From Candidatus Peregrinibacteria bacterium (GTDB lineage: Bacteria > Patescibacteriota > Gracilibacteria > Peribacterales > Peribacteraceae): a stretch of DNA of 60,456 nucleotides. The translations under genes and the position numbers were made by a program. Of the stretch, positions 54,719 to 60,456 are shown piece by piece. The stretch is from assembly GCA_016178535.1 (NCBI GenBank), contig JACOTD010000078.1, forward strand, positions 1 through 60,456. The letters run 5' to 3'. Positions within the stretch are counted from its first letter, which is position 1. Each line of letters begins with the position of its first letter. The notes beneath the pieces were generated by a model. That model was given only the letters and a program-made list of their open reading frames with translations. It searched no databases and was not told where the DNA came from.

Positions 54719-56005
54719 TCACAGCACAAACATCAACACCGCACACAGCACCATGATTGCCGCGATGGCGATGCCGAGAACCGTCGAGAGGCGCGAATTC
54801 ACGTACTGCCCCATGATCCGGCGGTTGCGCGCGATCAGGAGGATGAGGATGATCAGCGGAGGGGCCACGATGCCGTTCAACATTGCGGTGTCGTAGAGGA
54901 ACCGGAAGGGCGGCACGTTCGTGAAGTTGATCGCGAGCCCCGCCAGCGTCGCGATTGTGATGATGCCGTAGAAGCCGTGCGCCTGGGCGAACGTCCGGTA
55001 CAGCCCCTCGCGCCGCCACCCGAGCGCCTCCGAGAGCGCGTACGAGGCCGATCCCGCGAGCACCGGTACGGCGAGGAGTCCCGTGCCGATCACGCCGAGC
55101 GCGAAGAGCACGGAGGTTGCGTTCCCCGCGAGCGGACGCAGCGCCTCCGCCGCCTGCGCGGCCGTATCGATCTGCGTCACGCCGCTCCTGTAGAGGGTGG
55201 ACGCCGCCGTGACGATGATGAAGAAGGTGATCAAGTTCGAGAAGACCATGCCGGCGACGGTGTCGTTCTGCATCGTGCGGATATCCCCGACGCCGAACCG
55301 CGGCTTCCCGCGGCCCATCACGCGCAGTCTTCCCTCCGCCACTTCCTCCTCCACTTCTTCGCCTGCCTGCCAAAAGAAGAGGTACGGGGAGATCGTCGTC
55401 CCCAGCAGTGCGACGATGTTCTGGATTTGCTCGCGATTGAAGGAGAAGTGGGGGATGAATGTGTGGAGGAGCACCATGCTCCAGTCCTGCCGCGTGAGGA
55501 GCCCGGTGAGGACGTACGCGAGGAGGGTCAGCGCGAAGTACTTGAGCACGTTCGCATACGTCTTGTACGAGACGAACACCTCGAGCACGAGCGTGAGGAT
55601 CGTCATCGCGAGGATGAGCACAGGGAAGGGGAGTCCGATGATGAGCTGCAGCGACGCCGCCATCGCGCCCAGGTCCGCGCCGATGTTGATGGTGTTGGCT
55701 ACGAGTAAAAGAGTCAGCGCCACCCAGAGGATGCGCTTGGAATAGTATTTCCGGATGACGCCCGCGAGCCCCTTGCCCGTCACGAGTCCGATCCTCCCGC
55801 ACATCTCCTGCACCGCGATCATGAAGGGCAGCGTGAAGAGCGCGGTCCACAGCTGCGTGTAGCCGAACTGCGCCCCCGTCTGCGCGTACGTCCCGATTCC
55901 CGAGGGATCATCGTCCGAAGCGCCCGTGATGAACCCGGGTCCCAGCGCGCGGAGCCACCCCCGCGCACTCCTTCTCCGGCGATGCCGTGGATCCTGCGGA
56001 GTCAT
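54719..56005 (-). CDS. NRAMP-family divalent metal transporter (MntH-like)
   Basis: ALGPGFITGASDDDPSGIGTYAQTGAQFGYTQLW...PFMIAVQEMCGRIGLVTGKGLA, about 11 TM segments. The start is taken at the ATG at 56005. Confidence 0.9.
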   Translation of the reverse strand: MTPQDPRHRRRRSARGWLRALGPGFITGASDDDPSGIGTYAQTGAQFGYTQLWTALFTLPFMIAVQEMCGRIGLVTGKGLAGVIRKYYSKRILWVALTLLLVANTINIGADLGAMAASLQLIIGLPFPVLILAMTILTLVLEVFVSYKTYANVLKYFALTLLAYVLTGLLTRQDWSMVLLHTFIPHFSFNREQIQNIVALLGTTISPYLFFWQAGEEVEEEVAEGRLRVMGRGKPRFGVGDIRTMQNDTVAGMVFSNLITFFIIVTAASTLYRSGVTQIDTAAQAAEALRPLAGNATSVLFALGVIGTGLLAVPVLAGSASYALSEALGWRREGLYRTFAQAHGFYGIITIATLAGLAINFTNVPPFRFLYDTAMLNGIVAPPLIILILLIARNRRIMGQYVNSRLSTVLGIAIAAIMVLCAVLMFVL

Positions 56006-56266
56006 TGCGGAGAGAGGGTACTCTGATTCTTTGGCTTGAGACAGATGGGTGTCGTGACGTGCTGTGAGTTCGGAAGTGTGTTGGTATTGTTTTGTAGGCG
56101 ACCTCACCCCTCTCCAGCCTTTCAGCTTCGATCGTCTCAAAATTAGGAGGAAGCGATGCTCTTTTCAAAGAGGGACTTCACGCGGGATCTCCATCCGTTT
56201 GGATTGCTCTCGTTTCTGCTCCATTAATAGTAGTGTATGCTATGAACTCATCATTGGCTTCGTGCG

Positions 56267-56367
56267 TCCGGCTTCGTTTGCGAACTACGCCGAGGCATCC
56301 GGCGTAATGATCGAGCAGAGCAAAATCTTGGCGTAGTCCGGCACCACAGTGCCGAGACGAAGCCGGA
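56267..56367. ncRNA. Unassigned 101-nt multi-helix element abutting the 3' end of tRNA-Gly (candidate structured RNA; strand undetermined)
   Basis: Closing helix: tccggcttcgt (56267-77) with acgaagccgga (56357-67), 11 bp. actacgcc (56284-91) can pair with ggcgtagt (56330-37). Alternatively, tacgccg (56286-92) can pair with the local cggcgta (56300-06). A third hairpin is ccggcac-caca-gtgccg (56338-54). Confidence 0.35.
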
Positions 56368-56442
56368 TGGAGCGGGCGAGCGGAATCGAACCGCCCTTCC
56401 CAGCTTGGAAGGCTGGTGTAATAGCCACTATACGACGCCCGC
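56368..56442 (-). tRNA. tRNA-Gly (anticodon UCC), CCA encoded
   Basis: The reverse complement is GCGGGCGTCGTATAGTGGCTATTACACCAGCCTTCCAAGCTGGGAAGGGCGGTTCGATTCCGCTCGCCCGCTCCA. The anticodon arm is CCAGC-CTTCCAA-GCTGG, the T arm is GGCGG-TTCGATT-CCGCT, and the acceptor is GCGGGCG/CGCCCGC. Confidence 0.9.
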
Positions 56443-56530
56443 ACGAAAGGGAAGGATCAGAAGTCAACGTTCCTTTCGATGAAACAAGTGTAGAGCCAGA
56501 GTCCTTCTCTTGAAAGAGGCTCGGACGGCC

Positions 56531-56812
56531 TCAGGGCTTCGTCTCGCTCTTCTTCTCACGCTTGCGATGCTTCTTCTGGACGCGTTCGAGCACCCACTGG
56601 AGGATCTGGTCGACCATCGAGATCGGCTTCATGAGGACGGATTCCAGTTCCTCCGTAACGTCGTTGATGCGCCGCACGATCTTGCGGAGATCCGCCGCGA
56701 TGAAGAGGACGTGGTAGAGGACGACGACGAGCATCACGGCCACGACGACGTAGAGGAACATCAGGACGTCGGTGACGGTCAGGGGAGGCATGGATCGGAG
56801 GAAGGCGTACAC
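56531..56812 (-). CDS. Small membrane-anchored protein (DUF948-like)
   Basis: 93 aa with one N-terminal TM segment (VLMFLYVVVAVMLVVVLYHVLFIA), then a helical segment DLRKIVRRINDVTEELESVL and a basic tail. The family assignment is tentative. Confidence 0.5.
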   Translation of the reverse strand: MYAFLRSMPPLTVTDVLMFLYVVVAVMLVVVLYHVLFIAADLRKIVRRINDVTEELESVLMKPISMVDQILQWVLERVQKKHRKREKKSETKP

Positions 56813-56862
56813 TGAAGGGTAGCGATTCCGATGTTCAGCTGCAATTCCCTCGCACCCGATTC

Positions 56863-57126
56863 ATGGTACGGAAGATTCTCCCCGCACTCTGGCGCCTACC
56901 GCGCAACGGCCTGATCGCATGCATCACGCTCTACCAGCAGACCCTCTCGCCCGATCACGGACGCTTCTGCCGCCACGAGCCCACGTGCTCGGAGTATGCA
57001 AAGGTTGTTTTGAGCGAGAGGGGAGTGGTGCTCGGGATGCCGATGATGCTGTTGAGACTTCTCTCGTGTCATCCGTGGAGGAGAATTGATGAGGCGAAGA
57101 TAAGAAAGATCCTTCGGGAAATCTGA
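56863..57126 (+). CDS. yidD: Membrane protein insertion efficiency factor YidD
   Basis: ITLYQQTLSPDHGRFCRHEPTCSEYAKVVLSERGVVLGMPMMLLRLLSCHPW, the YidD signature (YQ..SP....CR..PTCS.Y......G...G......R...CHP). Confidence 0.9.
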   Translation: MVRKILPALWRLPRNGLIACITLYQQTLSPDHGRFCRHEPTCSEYAKVVLSERGVVLGMPMMLLRLLSCHPWRRIDEAKIRKILREI

Positions 57127-57251
57127 TCAGAGAAACCAGAAGCCAGAATTCAGAAGCCAGGCAGGTGAAAGGACTCAGAAAAAAGTTGAGAGACCTTCTT
57201 CCTCTTTCCTTGTTTCTCCTTGGCTTCTGGTTTCTGAACCCTGGTTTTTCC

Positions 57252-57746
57252 TCAGAGGATCGGTTGATGATCGATGAACACGCGGATGAAGAGACGTCTG
57301 AGGAGATCGAGCGAGGCTTCCAGAATTTCTGCGAGGAGCGCATTCAGGCGCCGGATGCGGGCGTAGATTTGGTTGAGCGAATGGGCGCCGCCCGGGCGCG
57401 ACGTGCGCGACGCCCTGCGCGCGAGCGCGCGCAAGCTCTTGATTTCTCCCGTGATGTGCTGTTCCAGCTTCTTCTTGATGACGGCCTCCGCCGGAATGTT
57501 CGCAATCGCCTGGTCGCGGGCGGATGCGCCGCTCGTGCCCTGCTGTCCCGTTGTCCCGGCTCCCGCGCCGCCGAGATCAGCCGAGCGGTCTTCCGCCGTT
57601 CGTTCGCTCACTCTGCGGTCGAGATTCTCCAGGCTGAGCAGAAGATCGTTGAGTTCGGTGAGCTTGGCGGGTTGGCTCACGATGAGACGGCTCGTCTCCA
57701 CGCTCGAGATTTGCGAGAGGCCGCGCTCGGCATTCGTGATCGTCAT
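57252..57746 (-). CDS. Hypothetical protein (164 aa)
   Basis: The ATG at 57746 starts an ORF with strongly GC3-biased codons like the host genes, which is why it is preferred over the antisense 57165..57830 ORF. The protein is helical with a G/T/S-rich central linker. No family was recognised. Confidence 0.5.
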   Translation of the reverse strand: MTITNAERGLSQISSVETSRLIVSQPAKLTELNDLLLSLENLDRRVSERTAEDRSADLGGAGAGTTGQQGTSGASARDQAIANIPAEAVIKKKLEQHITGEIKSLRALARRASRTSRPGGAHSLNQIYARIRRLNALLAEILEASLDLLRRLFIRVFIDHQPIL

Positions 57747-57822
57747 GACACTCCTATTGTCCCTTTTTTCTGTGGAAAAGTCAATGAACGGTTATCCGAC
57801 TTTATGGCTAGAATGAGAGCCG

Positions 57823-57909
57823 ATGAATGAAGAGCGCACGATTTTCCACCCTTCGATTGTGCTCAGGGTGGATAGCCGCATTGTCCTTCTTTCCAAAAAA
57901 TTGCTATGA
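57823..57909 (+). other. Decoy upstream ORF created by duplication of the hinT 5' end plus a 56-nt REP-containing insert
   Basis: atgaatgaagagcgcacgattttccac (57823-57849) and atgactgaagagcgcacgattttccac (57906-57932) differ at one position. The upstream copy reads MNEERTIFHPSIVLRVDSRIVLLSKKLL* and its TGA (57907-09) overlaps the genuine ATG (57906-08). Confidence 0.7.
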
Positions 57910-58235
57910 CTGAAGAGCGCACGATTTTCCACAAGATTCGTGATAAAGAGCTCCCCGCGACGATCGTTTTCGAGGATGACGACGTCCTCGCCTGCAAGGA
58001 CATTCATCCCAAGGCGCCGTTGCATTTGCTCTTCATTCCCAAGCACTTCGTCTCCTCCATTGCGGATGTGACGCCGGAAACGGCGCACCTGCCCGGGATG
58101 CTCATCCTCAAGGCACAGCGGTATGCGAAGGAGAAGGGGATCTCTGGCTACAAGCTCACGTTCCACGTGGGGAAGGGAGGCGGGCAGGAGGTGCCGTACC
58201 TGCATCTGCATTTGTTGAGTGAGCAGGCATTGTGA
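57906..58235 (+). CDS. HIT-family (HinT-like) nucleotide hydrolase
   Basis: MTEERTIFHKIRDKELPATIVFEDDDVLACKDIHPKAPLHLLFIPK...GGQEVPYLHLHLL (histidine triad H-x-H-x-H-x-x). Confidence 0.92.
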   Translation: MTEERTIFHKIRDKELPATIVFEDDDVLACKDIHPKAPLHLLFIPKHFVSSIADVTPETAHLPGMLILKAQRYAKEKGISGYKLTFHVGKGGGQEVPYLHLHLLSEQAL

Positions 58236-58300
58236 ACGTCTCTGCCCATGCCTCCCGTCCCTGGATATCGGCAACATTCATTGATGCAGATGGTACGCAT

Positions 58301-59770
58301 TCACGCTGAGTATCCTGCAGCCTCCGACTCCTTTTCATTCTTGAAGTATATGCGGTTCTCTTCCTTGATCTTCTTCCCTGCGGCGGATGCGATCGGATAG
58401 AACTTCTTGCCGGTCTTGGAGGCGACGAATGCGGCGCCGGATGCCGATGCGCTCGAGGCGGGTGTGGATTCTTCGGCGGTCTTGGGCTTTCCTTTCTTGG
58501 GAGGAGATGTTTTCTTTCCTTTTTCGGCGCTTTCGGTGACTGGCGCAGCCGTGGATGGTTCGACTTCTCTCACCACAGGAGGCTGCAATGCGGTTGCCGA
58601 TTCGACGGCCTTTCGTTTGGCTTCGTCTTCTTCTCTCTCCCTCTTGAGGCGTTCCATCGTCTCCTTATCGATGGGCTTGAGGGCTTTGATGGAGAGGCCG
58701 ATGCGCCGCTCGTCGACGTCGATGTTGATCACCTGGGCGTCCACCTTCTGGCCGATCGTGAGGACTTCGGCGGGATCCGTGACGCGGTGGTGCGCCAGTT
58801 CCGAGAGGTGCACGAGACCGTTGATGTCCTTCTCGAGCTTGAGGAACGCGCCGTAATCCGCGAAGCGCACGACCGTTCCCTGCACCTTCTTGCCCACCGG
58901 GTAGCGCTCGGCGATCTCTTCCCACGGGTCCTTCGTGAGCTGCTTGATCGAGAGCGAGAGCTTCTCGCCGTCCACGCCGATCACCTTCACGGTCACCTTG
59001 TCGCCCGCTTCCGCGTGCTCCGCGGGATTCTTCACGTGGCCCCATGCGATCTCCGAAATGTGGACGAGTCCCTCGAGGCCCTCGAACGACACGAAGAGGC
59101 CGAACTTCACGATGCCGCTCACGAGGCCGTCCTTCACGTCGCCCACCTTCAGATGTTCGAGCGCCTTGGCACGCTCCTCGGAGAGCGCCTCGCGCTCGGA
59201 GACGACGATCTTGCCGGATTCCTCGTCCATGGTGATGATTTTCACCGTGAAGGCGTGGCCGATGAACTTCTGGAGGCGATTGATGATCTCGCTGGCGTCA
59301 GCGTTATTCACGCGCGGGTAATTGACCGGCGCCAGTTGGGAGACGGGGAGGAAGGTGCGGATGCCGTCGATGTTCGCCAGGAGTCCTCCTTTGTTCGCTT
59401 CCTGAGGAATGAACTTCATCGTCGCGTCGGTTTCGACGAGCCGGTGGAACTTGTCCCATGCCTTCTGCTGGCTCGCCATCCGCAGGCTCAGAACGACCAT
59501 TCCCTCATCGTTCTCCTCTTCGAGCACCAGCGCCGAAACGGGTGCTCCCATCGTCAAATCCTTGAATGTGTTGAAGGAATCCCGCAGTTCCCTGCCGGAG
59601 ACGATTCCCGTGGCCACGCCCTGGATATCGAGCAGCAGCTTGTTCTTCCCGCGGAAGACGACGACCCCTTCCACGAGCTCCCCGGGCTTCACGCGCAACA
59701 CCTGCGGCGATTCGCGGAGGAGAGCGTCCATGACGGATGTGTCTTTGCGGCGAGAGGTTGCGGTTGCCAT
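58301..59770 (-). CDS. rpsA: 30S ribosomal protein S1 with a long K/E/A-rich C-terminal extension
   Basis: Several S1/OB repeats are present (VKPGELVEGVVVFRGKNKLLLDIQG, FTVKIITMDEESGKIVVSER, VGDVKDGLVSGIVKFGLFVSFEGLEGLVHISE, VGKKVQGTVVRFADYGAFLKL...GLVHLSE). The start is taken at the ATG at 59770. Confidence 0.88.
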   Translation of the reverse strand: MATATSRRKDTSVMDALLRESPQVLRVKPGELVEGVVVFRGKNKLLLDIQGVATGIVSGRELRDSFNTFKDLTMGAPVSALVLEEENDEGMVVLSLRMASQQKAWDKFHRLVETDATMKFIPQEANKGGLLANIDGIRTFLPVSQLAPVNYPRVNNADASEIINRLQKFIGHAFTVKIITMDEESGKIVVSEREALSEERAKALEHLKVGDVKDGLVSGIVKFGLFVSFEGLEGLVHISEIAWGHVKNPAEHAEAGDKVTVKVIGVDGEKLSLSIKQLTKDPWEEIAERYPVGKKVQGTVVRFADYGAFLKLEKDINGLVHLSELAHHRVTDPAEVLTIGQKVDAQVINIDVDERRIGLSIKALKPIDKETMERLKREREEDEAKRKAVESATALQPPVVREVEPSTAAPVTESAEKGKKTSPPKKGKPKTAEESTPASSASASGAAFVASKTGKKFYPIASAAGKKIKEENRIYFKNEKESEAAGYSA

Positions 59771-59949
59771 ACGAAAGAGGGGGTGCGAGCGGAAGAAATG
59801 AAGAGAGTCAGTGTCCTCGCACGAGCAATACTGACGATGCAATCGTATTTCCATTGTGGCAGCGTGTCAATGGCGAAGCCGACGGAAAATGACCAATAAC
59901 CAAGCACCGATTAGCGGTTGGTCATCGGTCATTGCTCATCGGTCATTCG

Positions 59950-60456
59950 TCAGAGAACGTTCCTCGCCAGCTTCAACGCACTCTCCTCCTGCGGCAGCTT
60001 CTGCTCCTGGCTCGTCCTGGGATTGTAGATGTGGTAGAAGAGCTCGATGAGCTCGTGCGTTTGCAGCCTCTTGCTCATGAGGCCGATGTTCTCCAGGCCG
60101 GCCTGCACGAGATTCACTCGGTCTTTGAGCGCCTTGCCGCCGGCGGAGAATTCCCGGTTGCGCTGGAGGGCCTTGCTCGCGGAATCATCCTGCTGCATCC
60201 ATCCGAGGAATTGCTCGACCAGATTCTTCTTGCGTTCCTGCAGATCGAACGGCACGACCACATAGAAACGCTTCTGCATGATGTCGGCGATATCGACGAG
60301 CTTCTCGATGAAGTCCGCGTACGCGACGGTCTGTTCCTTGAGGAGCGCATTCTCCTGCTTTTCGGCGATCGTCCGCAGCTGATCCAGGTACGGATCGATG
60401 TTCATCTTGGTGGAACTGATCACGACCTGGAGCGGGAAATTGATCGTGTTCACGAA
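59950..60456 (-). CDS. Hypothetical protein, 5' end outside the window; resembles the non-ATPase N-terminal region of VirB4/TrbE-like proteins
   Basis: The reading frame is open to the window edge: ..INFPLQVVISSTKMNIDPYLDQLRTIAEKQENALLKEQTVAYADFIEKLVDIADIMQKRFYVVVPFD... This pattern is recalled from the N-terminal regions of CPR/Gram-positive VirB4-like ORFs. No Walker motif precedes the stop at 59950. Confidence 0.4.
   Translation of the reverse strand, partial: FVNTINFPLQVVISSTKMNIDPYLDQLRTIAEKQENALLKEQTVAYADFIEKLVDIADIMQKRFYVVVPFDLQERKKNLVEQFLGWMQQDDSASKALQRNREFSAGGKALKDRVNLVQAGLENIGLMSKRLQTHELIELFYHIYNPRTSQEQKLPQEESALKLARNVL

Noticed and set aside
56006-56266. A yybP-ykoY (Mn2+) riboswitch in the NRAMP 5' region.
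   Set aside because: I could not find the conserved GGGGAGUAG, UUGACAUA or AGCAAGACC segments. Much of the region is one arm of the family A repeat.
56267-56367. A second tRNA (for example a long-arm or selenocysteine tRNA) next to tRNA-Gly.
   Set aside because: The acceptor-like helix and a 6-bp/4-nt-loop hairpin are reminiscent of tRNA-Sec. However, there is no T arm (GTTCRA), no plausible anticodon arm, and the central helix encloses 38 nt.
57165-57830. A 221-aa plus-strand ORF overlapping the 57252-57746 minus-strand ORF.
   Set aside because: Its translation is R/A-rich and low-complexity with poor codon bias. The minus-strand frame has host-like GC3 codon usage and a more protein-like sequence.

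Overview
This is a GC-rich bacterial chromosomal fragment, roughly 60% GC by eye (not computed). Small tightly packed genes, frequent ATGA/overlapping gene junctions, a GH57/GH15 glucan block and the style of intergenic repeats suggest a Patescibacteria/CPR-like (Parcubacteria-type) genome; that assignment is inference only. I support about 58 CDS, 2 tRNAs, one frameshifted ORF and several repeat families.

Housekeeping genes: gyrA, rpmE, hrcA, glyA, dnaX, dcd, trpS, maf, pckA, yidD, rpsA, a HIT protein, an RluA-type pseudouridine synthase, dgkA and 5-formyl-THF cyclo-ligase.

Metabolic blocks:
- A minus-strand alpha-glucan operon: GT4/glycogen-synthase-like, GH57 and GH15, followed by a secreted unknown, a DUF45/YgjP peptidase and a small ORF.
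- An archaeal-style mevalonate cluster: mvk, a GHMP decarboxylase, HMG-CoA reductase, HMG-CoA synthase, thiolase and a DUF35-OB::guanylate-kinase-like fusion, with a divergent polyprenyl synthase and an IDI::UppS fusion. No recognisable phosphomevalonate kinase or isopentenyl-phosphate kinase is present in the window.

Accessory content:
- dinJ/yafQ at the left edge.
- A mazEF-like cassette behind rpmE.
- A visibly AT-richer ~4.8 kb island (39992-44757) holding a COG1373-type AAA ATPase, a 799-aa orphan and a solitary MazF-like toxin.

The most unusual non-genic signals:
1. Four insertions are each bracketed by a duplicated copy of the adjacent gene's terminus: rpmE 3' end, pckA 3' end, DUF35-GK 3' end and hinT 5' end.
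2. tRNA-Val is followed by four back-to-back 63-nt copies of a degenerate tRNA 3' half.
3. Two hairpin repeat families (a G/C-hairpin MITE-like element and a TCGAC..GCTCAG REP-like element) occur, with modules of the first found in frame inside a CDS.
4. Word-stutter spacers precede many start codons, and one has been inserted in frame into HMG-CoA reductase.
5. An unassigned 101-nt multi-helix element abuts tRNA-Gly.

The many long antisense ORFs in the track are GC-driven shadow ORFs and are not called.
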